A stretch of 64,000 bases of DNA from the NCBI GenBank assembly GCA_964540825.1, contig CAZINT010000004.1, positions 24,835 through 88,834 of the forward strand, written 5' to 3'. Both the position numbers and the translations under genes were made by a program. This DNA is from an uncultured Gammaproteobacteria bacterium (GTDB taxonomy: Bacteria; Patescibacteriota; Patescibacteriia; Magasanikbacterales; GWA2-37-8). The notes beneath the pieces were generated by a model that saw nothing but the letters and a program-made list of their open reading frames with translations, was not told where the DNA came from and searched no databases. Of this stretch, positions 56,477 to 64,000 are shown in pieces (position 1 is the first letter of the stretch; each line of letters begins with the position of its first letter).

Positions 56477-57079
56477 ATGTACGCTGCTAAAAATTATGAT
56501 GCACTTATTGGCACTGAGGGCTTCAGCGAAAAATTACTCACGACCCACTTCACCCTCTACCAAGGTTATGTTGCAAACACCAACAAACTCTCCGACCAAC
56601 TTCGCACACTCCTTGATAGTGATATGGCAGCTAGCCCTGAATACGCCGAGTTGACCCGTCGTTTCGGCTGGGAATTTAACGGCATGCGGCTCCACGAATA
56701 CTATTTCGAGAATATGAAAAAAGGTGGAGCTCAACTTGCAACAGGATCGCCTTTGCAAACCGCCCTCGCTCAACAATTCGGTACGATTGAAAACTGGCAA
56801 AAAGATTTTATTGCGACTGGTGCGCTGCGCGGTATCGGCTGGGCCATTCTCTACTATGATCAGCTCGCCGATCGCTATTTCAATTGCTGGGTCAACGAAC
56901 ACGACACTGGACACTTGGCCGGTTGCGTACCGCTCCTCATCATGGACGTATTCGAACACGCCTTCATCATTGACTATGGCACTAAACGTGCTGATTATAT
57001 TCAAAGTTTCATTAAAGCGATTGATTGGACTAAAGTCGACGAACGTCGAATGATGCTTACCAAATCAAGCACGCTCTAA
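56477..57079 (+). CDS. Fe/Mn superoxide dismutase (divergent N-terminus)
   Basis: C-terminal DVFEHAFIIDYGTKRADYI matches the SOD D..H metal-ligand region. The N-terminal helix hairpin retains its His residues. Confidence 0.75.
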   Translation: MYAAKNYDALIGTEGFSEKLLTTHFTLYQGYVANTNKLSDQLRTLLDSDMAASPEYAELTRRFGWEFNGMRLHEYYFENMKKGGAQLATGSPLQTALAQQFGTIENWQKDFIATGALRGIGWAILYYDQLADRYFNCWVNEHDTGHLAGCVPLLIMDVFEHAFIIDYGTKRADYIQSFIKAIDWTKVDERRMMLTKSSTL

Positions 57080-57120
57080 AAATAAAAAAGACTGGAGAAA
57101 TTCAGTCTTTTTTATTTTTA
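57080..57120. terminator. Bidirectional rho-independent terminator
   Basis: aagactg-gagaaattc-cagtctt flanked by A and T runs. Confidence 0.8.
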
Positions 57121-57215
57121 AAATTTTTTGATAAGGTTCGCTGGGCGCACCTCTAGGGCGCGCACCAGCCTATTCAACAAAGAAGTGGGTGCTCTTGAGG
57201 TTGCTTGAAAAGCGT

Positions 57216-57731
57216 CTACAATAAACCCATGTCTTTGATGACCGAAATAAAAGAAGACGGCCTCCCCAGCCTTCGCGCCTCCGCGAGTTCAAAAGCCCGG
57301 TGGCCTTCGAGCAGGAGTTCACCAACCGGCATTTTTCCTTGACAGAGCACTTCATGCCCGCCGTCAAAGTACCAGAGTTCCACGAACGCAGGCAGCAGAT
57401 TTAGCTCCGAGTGCTCCGCAGTTAACTGCCATAGTTCACGGAAAATACGGTCAATAGTCTCCGGCGGGAAATAGGCAGAAAGCGCGTACACCACATGACC
57501 GGCGCCAGCGAGGGTCTCTACCCACGCCAGGAAACTATCGCTCCCACTTTTTTCGATAATAACCAGCTCGCGTGGATAGAGCTTTGGCTCTAGAACAAGC
57601 GGCCACACTTCGGGCTGCGTGGACACATCGGGCACGTCCTGTCCACGATACACAGCCAAACGACCTGGTGTAACCGATGAGGCAGCAGGCAAGCGTAAGA
57701 CGGGCAGCCCCCAGCGGATAGTATCACTCAT
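57216..57731 (-). CDS. Hypothetical protein, moderately GC-elevated (~55%)
   Basis: 171-aa ORF with no recognised motif. Confidence 0.4.
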   Translation of the reverse strand: MSDTIRWGLPVLRLPAASSVTPGRLAVYRGQDVPDVSTQPEVWPLVLEPKLYPRELVIIEKSGSDSFLAWVETLAGAGHVVYALSAYFPPETIDRIFRELWQLTAEHSELNLLPAFVELWYFDGGHEVLCQGKMPVGELLLEGHRAFELAEARRLGRPSSFISVIKDMGLL

Positions 57732-57884
57732 ACAAGTCTCCTGGGTGAACTACATTTCAGCCAATTTGTTTCGATACTACAGACTATAGCACACCTTCAT
57801 ACAAATAATAAAACCTCGTGTATGAATTCTTTTTCTTTACGCGCGATGCGTTTCGTGAGAAAATAGCGTAGATAGTATACCTGT

Positions 57885-58418
57885 ATGTTTTCGACACTTG
57901 AACATTTCTACACCGAGGCCGAGGAGCGGCTAGCGCCATTTAACGAATTTATTATCGGCAATGATTTAGAAGACAAAATTGCCTCCGATCACTTCGGCTA
58001 TCGGTGCTCGACCAATGAAGAATTTATAACTATGCGCGCTTTTTTTGAATATGAAGCGTCTTTTTTGTATCAATCAATTATTGCTAGTCGGCGTATTGCG
58101 CTCATTAAGTTAAAAACTCCCGTTTCTACAGCTGCGGGCCAGCTTACGTACCTTGAACTTTCCGATCAAAAACCAGACGGCTCGCAAAAAAGCGGTTTTG
58201 ATCATGTTGAGTTTACTCCTACCATCCATACATCTGAAACGCTTGCCCAATTTTTTCACAATAAAAATATTGTTTTTACCAAAACCGAGCGTCCACATCA
58301 CACCACCTTTGATCATAAACTAGCCAGCGGCCTCACTCTTCGTATTGAAGCGATCCCGCTTATTACCAAAATAATTAACCAAGAAATACTCTCAACAGAA
58401 CAAATGATCACGCATTAA
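57885..58418 (+). CDS. Hypothetical protein
   Basis: 177-aa ORF. Confidence 0.4.
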   Translation: MFSTLEHFYTEAEERLAPFNEFIIGNDLEDKIASDHFGYRCSTNEEFITMRAFFEYEASFLYQSIIASRRIALIKLKTPVSTAAGQLTYLELSDQKPDGSQKSGFDHVEFTPTIHTSETLAQFFHNKNIVFTKTERPHHTTFDHKLASGLTLRIEAIPLITKIINQEILSTEQMITH

Positions 58419-58493
58419 AAATTCTTTGCCTATTTTTGCACCCTATTCTTGTGCTATACTAAACAAGTAGTACGCTATTTATTCTATTTTGCT

Positions 58494-60410
58494 ATGAAAT
58501 TAAAAGTTATTCTTGCAGGTCTCGCCGCGACCATCTTTGTGTGTTCATCCACGCACGCAGCGACGACTCCAACACTCAATTTATCTGCCAAGACAGGTGA
58601 CGCAATCCAAGTAACTGCCACCGCTGACCCAAACACGACATTGCAACTGTCATTCTTGCCCCCAGGCGCTTCGCAAGTGACTACGCTTACATTTGGCACA
58701 ACCGATCCAAGCGGACGCCTGGTTAGCACCATAAGCAGCGGCGGCTACGGTATTCCTGCTGGCTCTCCTGTATACCTAAGCAGTAACGGCCTTCAGAGCA
58801 TGACCACGATCTGGCCAAGCTATACCAGCGCACTCTCGCTTTCGCCGAGCAATGTTCAAATCGGTACCGGGCAGAGCACCACAGTAACCGGCTCGAGCGC
58901 ACTTACACTGGCGGGCAATACTAATCCGAATAGTATTAACGCAAGTGTTCAGAGCGGCCAACTGCGGATCAACGGACTAAATAACGGATCAGGAACTTTG
59001 TATGTTTGCAGTGCGAATGTTGGCTGCTCCTCGCTTCTGGTAACCGTCGGCAGCCAAAATCAAACCACTGTTTCTTTGAGCCAAACTACGGTCACACTCA
59101 CCAAGCGTCAAACTGAAGAAATTAGTATTTTTGGGCCATCTGGTGGATTCTTTGTTTCCTCGAATTCAAACCCGAGCGCAGTTACACCGAGTATTAGCGG
59201 CGGCAGCGCGAGCCTCATTCTCTACGGTACAGATACGCTTGGCAGCGCAACCATTACCGTGTGTTCACGCTCAAACACTTCTAGTTGCGCCAGTCTGACT
59301 GCAACTGTGGGCGGTATGACTTCGGGAACTCTCACCTTTAATTCAAACAACTTAATTTTTACTCCAGGTCAAAATCAGACGATCACTATAAGCGGTGGAC
59401 CAGATAATAATTACTATATTTCCGGCAATTCTAATTCAGCTACTGTTCAAGCATCTGTTTCGGGGAATACACTCACTCTTATTGGGGGTACCACAGCCGG
59501 GACTGCCGTCATTACAGTTTGCTCAGCAACGGTAAACGCAACCTGCAGCAACCTCTATACCACAACCAATCTAACGGGTACTACTACCACCGCCTCACTG
59601 CTCAGCTTTAGCAAAAACGTTATTTCTGTTGCTCAAGGTGAAACCGCCACGATCACCGTAAGTGGCGGCACGGGGCTAGGGTATGTTATTTCTTCAAATT
59701 CTAATTCAGCAGTTATTTCTGCCAACAGCAGCTCCAGCAGTAACACTGTTACGCTGTATGCGAACGCAGCCAGCGGATCATCGGTAGTTACTATTTGCGC
59801 TACTGCCCCAACGACTGCGTGCGGCAGCATCTATGTAAACGCCACTCCTGTACAAACACCAATTTCATTCAGCCAAAATAATATTGTTCTTTCGCCCGGC
59901 CAGGCACTCAACCTGATCGTTACCGGCGGATCCGCCAGCACTACCTATCGTATTTCCTCTAACAGCAGCCCAAGTGTTGTATCGGCGCTTCTTGGCAGCG
60001 GCAACGCCGTCATTGCCCTTAAAGGCGGTGCCTCACAAGGTTCAGCAGTAATCACTGTTTGCTCTTCAATTGACGACACACTGTGTGGATCGCTGTATGT
60101 TTCTAACACCAGCCTGGCTGCAACCGTGCCAAGCACACCTGTAACACCGCCCGCCACCCCAACCCCCACACCAATAACGCTTCCAGCCTTTAAATTTACA
60201 AACCTTCTTAAAGTTGGCTCAAATGGGAACGAAGTTCGGGAGTTACAAAAATTACTGGTTAAACTCGGATTATTAAAAGCTACTCCAAACGGTACCTATG
60301 GGCCACAAACCCAGGCAGCTGTGCGGGCTTTTCAAAAGAAATATAAAATTCAAGCTGTTGGATATGTAGGACCGGCGACACGAGCACAGCTGAATCTTCT
60401 TACGCAGTAA
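58494..60410 (+). CDS. Secreted surface protein: about seven tandem Ig-like (BIG2-like) repeats of ~85 aa, plus a C-terminal peptidoglycan-binding domain
   Basis: Signal peptide. Each repeat carries a Cys pair (VITVCS...CxxLY). C-terminal PG_binding_1-like LQKLLVKLGLL...GPQTQAAVRAFQ. Confidence 0.7.
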   Translation: MKLKVILAGLAATIFVCSSTHAATTPTLNLSAKTGDAIQVTATADPNTTLQLSFLPPGASQVTTLTFGTTDPSGRLVSTISSGGYGIPAGSPVYLSSNGLQSMTTIWPSYTSALSLSPSNVQIGTGQSTTVTGSSALTLAGNTNPNSINASVQSGQLRINGLNNGSGTLYVCSANVGCSSLLVTVGSQNQTTVSLSQTTVTLTKRQTEEISIFGPSGGFFVSSNSNPSAVTPSISGGSASLILYGTDTLGSATITVCSRSNTSSCASLTATVGGMTSGTLTFNSNNLIFTPGQNQTITISGGPDNNYYISGNSNSATVQASVSGNTLTLIGGTTAGTAVITVCSATVNATCSNLYTTTNLTGTTTTASLLSFSKNVISVAQGETATITVSGGTGLGYVISSNSNSAVISANSSSSSNTVTLYANAASGSSVVTICATAPTTACGSIYVNATPVQTPISFSQNNIVLSPGQALNLIVTGGSASTTYRISSNSSPSVVSALLGSGNAVIALKGGASQGSAVITVCSSIDDTLCGSLYVSNTSLAATVPSTPVTPPATPTPTPITLPAFKFTNLLKVGSNGNEVRELQKLLVKLGLLKATPNGTYGPQTQAAVRAFQKKYKIQAVGYVGPATRAQLNLLTQ

Positions 60411-60420
60411 ACTAACAATA

Positions 60421-60451
60421 AAAACACTTCAATTTTGAAGTGTTTTTTTAG
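60421..60451 (+). terminator. Rho-independent terminator
   Basis: aacacttcaa-tt-ttgaagtgtt followed by T7. Confidence 0.8.
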
Positions 60452-60461
60452 TTGAGCGGGT

Positions 60462-60480
60462 GACGGGAGACTCACGCGCT
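60462..60480. repeat. Direct repeat of the tRNA-Gly 3' end (att-like remnant)
   Basis: tgagcgggtgacgggag is identical to 60626-60642, the 3' acceptor/T-arm portion of the tRNA. The 140 bp between the two copies is GC-rich. Confidence 0.6.
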
Positions 60481-60587
60481 ACGCTTCACGAAAAGGGCTT
60501 CCGCCCTCTCGTGGACTCTCCCCAGCAGTCGTGGAAACCTCCCGGTTCCCAAACCCTCCTCGTTCGACCCCCTTCCCTTCAGATAAA

Positions 60588-60624
60588 CAAAAATAGTTAG
60601 ATCTTAAAAATCTAACTATTTTAT
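60588..60624 (-). terminator. Terminator downstream of tRNA-Gly
   Basis: atagttagat-cttaaaa-atctaactat flanked by A and T runs. Confidence 0.7.
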
Positions 60625-60627
60625 TTG

Positions 60628-60699
60628 AGCGGGTGACGGGAGTCGAACCCGTGTCACCAGTTTGGAAAACTGGGATAATAGCCGTTATATGACACCCGC
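60628..60699 (-). tRNA. tRNA-Gly (anticodon UCC)
   Basis: Manual fold: acceptor stem GCGGGTG/CACCCGC, anticodon stem CCAGT/ACTGG with loop TTTCCAA, T-arm ACGGG-TTCGACT-CCCGT, discriminator U. CCA is not encoded. Confidence 0.85.
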
Positions 60700-60758
60700 A
60701 GTGAGCGAAAAGAAAACGCTTTTTCTTTTCCGAGCGCAGGGGGCATATACCTTAGTAT

Positions 60759-61178
60759 ATGACGCCTGCAGTTGTATTCGCACATTTAAGACATATACAG
60801 TATAATAAATCTGTTAAAAATGTCAATTCCTCTGTGTTTGAAATCCCCGTCCTGACACTACCCCAAACGATTCTCGTCGGATACCTGTTAGGCATCAACG
60901 CGGTCTCATTTTTCGTCTACGGACTTGATAAGCTCTATGCCAGGGGCCGGGCGTGGCGTATTACCGAGCGAACACTGCTTATGCTAGCCCTCCTCGGCGG
61001 TACGCTTGGGGCCTTGGCTGGCATCAAACTCTTTCGTCACAAGACGCGTAAGTCAACTTTTCTGGTGTGGGTAGGGTTAATTATGATTATTCAGGTTGGG
61101 GCTATCTTAACCTATTTTTCATATTTTCATCCACCTACGTTAACGCTTGACCAAAATATTAACCCTTTGTTATACTAG
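60759..61178 (+). CDS. DUF1294-family small membrane protein
   Basis: GYLLGINAVSFFVYGLDKLYA...RITERTL..LALLGGTLGA matches the DUF1294 signature. Confidence 0.6.
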   Translation: MTPAVVFAHLRHIQYNKSVKNVNSSVFEIPVLTLPQTILVGYLLGINAVSFFVYGLDKLYARGRAWRITERTLLMLALLGGTLGALAGIKLFRHKTRKSTFLVWVGLIMIIQVGAILTYFSYFHPPTLTLDQNINPLLY

Positions 61179-61228
61179 TTTTTACTTTTACGGGCTTCCC
61201 GGCCTGACTTTATATTAAGTATACGACT

Positions 61229-61369
61229 ATGTTGTTTACTAGTTTCCAGGACGATGACGATCCAATGACACTCGAAGACGAAGATGAAGAAGAGGAAACA
61301 GATGACAAAATCGACGAAATGGACAAACCCGATCCAATGGATGACGACAGCGACGAAGCTACAATGTAA
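61229..61369 (+). CDS. Possible 46-aa highly acidic peptide
   Basis: MLFTSFQDDDDPMTLEDEDEEEETDDKIDEMDKPDPMDDDSDEATM*, with 26 of 46 residues D or E. Directly followed by a strong terminator. Could instead be a coincidental ORF in the efp 3' region. Confidence 0.25.
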   Translation: MLFTSFQDDDDPMTLEDEDEEEETDDKIDEMDKPDPMDDDSDEATM

Positions 61370-61370
61370 A

Positions 61371-61405
61371 ACAAAAAACTCCGGACAGATCCGGAGTTTT
61401 TTTAT
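61371..61405. terminator. Bidirectional rho-independent terminator (efp 3' end)
   Basis: actccgg-acagat-ccggagt followed by T7. Confidence 0.85.
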
Positions 61406-61416
61406 TACCAAGTTAC

Positions 61417-61980
61417 TTAGGCGCGCATGGAGTATTCACCAGTTTCGGTATTAACCAAAACTTCTTCGCCTTCTTTAATGAAAATCGGAGCCTGGATCGT
61501 GAGGCCATTATCCAGTTTAATTTCTTTGGTCACATTTCCCGAAGCACTATCCCCTTTTACGGCTGGCGGCGCTTCTACAACCTTGTATTTAATCTTTTTT
61601 GGTAATTCCATATTGACCGGGCGATCTTCATAAATACCGATCACGACGTCAATTCCTTCTTTCAAATATTTACCATCGTCACCAACAAGGTCGCCATTCA
61701 TTTCAAACTGTTCGTAGTTATTCATGTTCATGAAAGCGTAATTTTCACCAGTCTTGTAGAGATATTGCATGGTCTGGAACTGGACACTAACAATATCAAC
61801 GGCTTCGCCGCTCTTATACGTAATTTCAATGACTTTTCCATTGGAAAGGCTTTTCATGCGCGTGCGAGTAAAAGCGGCTCCTTTACCAGGGTTCACATGT
61901 TGAAATTCAACCACCACAAACAAATCGTTCTGATGACGAATCACAGCTCCTTTTCTGATATCTGATGTAGTTACGGCCAT
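61417..61980 (-). CDS. efp: Elongation factor P
   Basis: 187 aa of EF-P family sequence, including the conserved Lys-loop region (GKGAAF). Confidence 0.95.
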   Translation of the reverse strand: MAVTTSDIRKGAVIRHQNDLFVVVEFQHVNPGKGAAFTRTRMKSLSNGKVIEITYKSGEAVDIVSVQFQTMQYLYKTGENYAFMNMNNYEQFEMNGDLVGDDGKYLKEGIDVVIGIYEDRPVNMELPKKIKYKVVEAPPAVKGDSASGNVTKEIKLDNGLTIQAPIFIKEGEEVLVNTETGEYSMRA

Positions 61981-61999
61981 AGGTTGGGATTAAAAGTGA

Positions 62000-63037
62000 T
62001 TATTGGTTTATTTGGTCTTTTACAGACTGGAACAGGACTTCATTGATGCTTCTGGCTCCAGTAAATAATACTATCATACGGTCTACGCCAAGGGCAATAC
62101 CCCCCGCTTCGGGGATGCCCGACTCAAGCGCCGCGATAAAATCCGGGTCTACCGGCCAGGTTGGTTTGCCCAAGCGTTCGCGCAGCTGCCGATCGGCCTC
62201 AAGACGTTTATACTGCTCCGCCGCATCAAGCAGCTCACCGAACCCGTTAGCAATTTCCAGGCCGGCAATATAGAGTTCGGCTCGCTCCGCATAGCGACTG
62301 TCCGCCGGGCACACCCGAGACAACGAACACATCTGACGTGGGTAATCATAGACAAAAACCGGCTTCTCCTGGCCTAATTTTGGCTCAATTTCGTTTAAAA
62401 AAATCTTGAAAAACAGATCTTCATATTCATCGGACGCCTCAACGGCATAGCCCTTCTCTTTGGCCAAACCAGCCACGGCGTCACGATCAAGATATTGGTC
62501 TAAATCTACCCCAACATATTCTTGCCACACTTCTTTCATGGTTTTTCGATCCCATTTTTCTTGGATCCGGCATTTTTTGCCCTCCCACTCAACCGAGTGT
62601 TTGCCCATTGCCCGGCCAATATGTTGAAACAGCTTCTCGGTATCATCCATAAAGTCGTGGTATCCGCCGGGTGCCCGGTACCATTCAAGCATCGTAAACT
62701 CGGTATTATGAGTCCCGTCACCAAACGCTTCATGGTTACGAAAACATTTCACGATAGAAAAATTTTTGGTATATCCAGCGGCCAAAAGCTTTTTGAGCCC
62801 AAATTCTGGCGACGTATGCAAATAAAATTGCTCGGCTTTCCCTCCGGGATCAGAAAATGTAACCGGTACCGGGTAGAGGTATGGCTCTTGCCCGGGCAAG
62901 CGGAGCGCAATTGGTGTATCGGTTTCAACAAACCCTTGCTCCCAAAAGAATTCGCGAGTTAAGCGAATTATGTGGCATCGTTCGTCGTATATTTTTTTAA
63001 GCCGCGGATTACCCGCCAGCTCTTGCCAGGTAGACAT
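62000..63037 (-). CDS. epmA: EF-P (R)-beta-lysine ligase (truncated class II LysRS paralogue)
   Basis: Class II aaRS core motifs without an anticodon-binding domain; 345 aa; adjacent to efp. Confidence 0.8.
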   Translation of the reverse strand: MSTWQELAGNPRLKKIYDERCHIIRLTREFFWEQGFVETDTPIALRLPGQEPYLYPVPVTFSDPGGKAEQFYLHTSPEFGLKKLLAAGYTKNFSIVKCFRNHEAFGDGTHNTEFTMLEWYRAPGGYHDFMDDTEKLFQHIGRAMGKHSVEWEGKKCRIQEKWDRKTMKEVWQEYVGVDLDQYLDRDAVAGLAKEKGYAVEASDEYEDLFFKIFLNEIEPKLGQEKPVFVYDYPRQMCSLSRVCPADSRYAERAELYIAGLEIANGFGELLDAAEQYKRLEADRQLRERLGKPTWPVDPDFIAALESGIPEAGGIALGVDRMIVLFTGARSINEVLFQSVKDQINQ

Positions 63038-63098
63038 ATTTTTAAATTAAAAAGGCGTACCGGATAAACAGTGCGCCATTTTAAGGAAGCATTCGTTC

Positions 63099-63347
63099 TT
63101 AGCGAGCCATGAATGGCATAAGAGCGGCCTGACGAGCGCGTTTAATCGCTCCAGCTACTTGGCGCTGATGTTTGGCGCAGAGACCTGAGCGGCGCTGAGG
63201 AGCAATTTTCATGTACGAAGACACAAAACGGCGCAAGGTGCCAATATCTTTGTAGTCAACAATGGCTTTGTTATTAACGCAGTAGTAACAAGCCTTTTTA
63301 GTGTTCGTGGTAGTATTTTTTTGATCTCGTGGAGCTGTTGGAGCCAT
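63099..63347 (-). CDS. rpsR: 30S ribosomal protein S18
   Basis: CYYC...RRSGLCAKHQR motif. Confidence 0.9.
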   Translation of the reverse strand: MAPTAPRDQKNTTTNTKKACYYCVNNKAIVDYKDIGTLRRFVSSYMKIAPQRRSGLCAKHQRQVAGAIKRARQAALMPFMAR

Positions 63348-63376
63348 AAATACGTTAGATAGTAGGGGTAGTTAGA

Positions 63377-63829
63377 TTAAAAAGGAATATCTTCAACTTT
63401 AATTTCTTCTTCAATAACTTCTTGAGGACCTTCGTCGTAGGATGGGGCGTTGCCCATAGTTGATGGGCCACTACTGAATCCACCACCACTGTTTTCCATA
63501 CCTTTTGCGTCGAGCATGATCATGTTTTCAGCAATAATTTCAGTGCGGTAGCGCTTTACGCCATCTTGTCCGGCCCAGTCGCGGGTCTGGAGACGTCCTT
63601 CGACGTAAACTTTTGAACCTTTATGCAAATATTGACCAGCAATTTCACCGAGCTTACCCCACATCACAATATTATGGAACTCAGTTTGTTTTTGCTTTTG
63701 ACCTTGAGCATCGCTCCAGGCGCGGCCTGTTGCCACGCTAAAGGAGGCAACGGACTTTCCGCTCGGAATAGTGCGGAGTTCCGGGTCGCGTGTCAGGCGG
63801 CCAATAATGGTTACGCGATTAAGGTCCAT
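63377..63829 (-). CDS. ssb: Single-stranded DNA-binding protein
   Basis: OB fold and the C-terminal DIPF tail. Confidence 0.9.
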   Translation of the reverse strand: MDLNRVTIIGRLTRDPELRTIPSGKSVASFSVATGRAWSDAQGQKQKQTEFHNIVMWGKLGEIAGQYLHKGSKVYVEGRLQTRDWAGQDGVKRYRTEIIAENMIMLDAKGMENSGGGFSSGPSTMGNAPSYDEGPQEVIEEEIKVEDIPF

Positions 63830-63861
63830 AGGATTGAGGAATTAGGAATAATGAACTGTTC

Positions 63862-64000
63862 ACTATACTCCTGGGATAATATTATCTCCACTCAAAATAT
63901 CATCAAGTTTTTTCGTAATTTCAGCCATATCAAGCTTCTTTTCTTCCTTAGCGGCCGGGGCTTCAGGCGCAGCAGGAGCAGCAACCGGGGCGGCAGCTTT
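63862..64000 (-). CDS. rpsF: 3' end of a gene, probably 30S ribosomal protein S6 with an Ala/Pro-rich tail (window-truncated)
   Basis: In-frame ORF ending at TAG 63862-63864, in the conserved rpsF-ssb-rpsR position. Only the C-terminal ~45 aa are visible. Confidence 0.3.

Noticed and set aside
61175-61411. 78-aa minus-strand ORF
   Set aside because: It runs across the efp terminator hairpin and the acidic-peptide region. It is hydrophobic, low-complexity and unsupported.
1-64000. CRISPR arrays, rRNA genes, transposases or integrases
   Set aside because: No regularly spaced direct repeats, no rRNA-like segments, and no DDE or tyrosine-recombinase ORFs were seen anywhere in the window.

Overview
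This is a gene-dense, low-GC (about 45-48%) segment of a bacterial chromosome. Most intergenic regions are short, most promoters read TTGNCA-17-TAnnnT, and many starts lack a Shine-Dalgarno or sit within a few nucleotides of the predicted transcription start. The gene set (rpoB-rpoC, recA, ftsK, ruvA/ruvC/yebC, efp-epmA, rpsR-ssb, gatB, type-2 IleRS, many secreted or membrane proteins of unknown function) fits a small-genome, possibly Patescibacteria/CPR-like organism. Phylum cannot be fixed from this window. All protein families were recognised by reading motifs in the translations; no searches were run.

Core content, in order:
- rplA 3' end.
- A dTTP-supply cluster: dcd, a P-loop kinase, dut, thyA, folA, tmk.
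- gatB.
- A complete de novo pyrimidine operon, pyrB-pyrI-pyrC-pyrD-pyrE-pyrF, behind an E. coli pyrBI-type leader-peptide/terminator attenuator.
- An SPFH protein, ruvA and a NIF3-family protein.
- ileS preceded by a T-box leader.
- rpiB, rpe, trxB, a PfkB kinase, and an ECF sigma factor with a large membrane partner.
- A tRNA methyltransferase, ruvC, yebC, and a Memo-CapA fusion protein.
- rpoC-rpoB, ftsK, a RodZ-like protein, recA and a DsbA-like protein.
- An oxidative-stress trio: a VIT transporter with a ferritin-like domain, a peroxiredoxin and a Fe/Mn superoxide dismutase.
- A surface protein with Ig-like repeats and a peptidoglycan-binding domain, tRNA-Gly(UCC), efp-epmA, rpsR and ssb.

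Candidate accessory or novel content:
1. An operon at 16.7-21.1 kb. It encodes an 801-aa fusion of two ATP-grasp ligase domains (one L-amino-acid-ligase-like, one D-Ala-D-Ala-ligase-like) followed by two paralogous 303-aa Fem/BioF2-like putative transferases. It sits behind its own promoter plus a leaderless leader peptide and terminator, and faces a 631-aa HExxH protein. I read it as a possible peptide-ligation or cell-envelope peptide-branch system.
2. Three single-gene islands of about 62% GC (12.4, 39.5 and 53.6 kb) with GC-rich stem-loops at their 3' ends. They look like horizontally acquired genes from a high-GC donor.
3. A family of interspersed palindromic repeats, with three copies.
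4. A four-helix-bundle (23S-IVS-type) gene cassette bounded by inverted repeats and fused onto the 3' end of a SpoU methyltransferase gene.
5. A 17-nt duplication of the tRNA-Gly 3' end bracketing a GC-rich 140-bp remnant, resembling an att site.
6. A candidate sRNA of about 220 nt with its own promoter and terminator.
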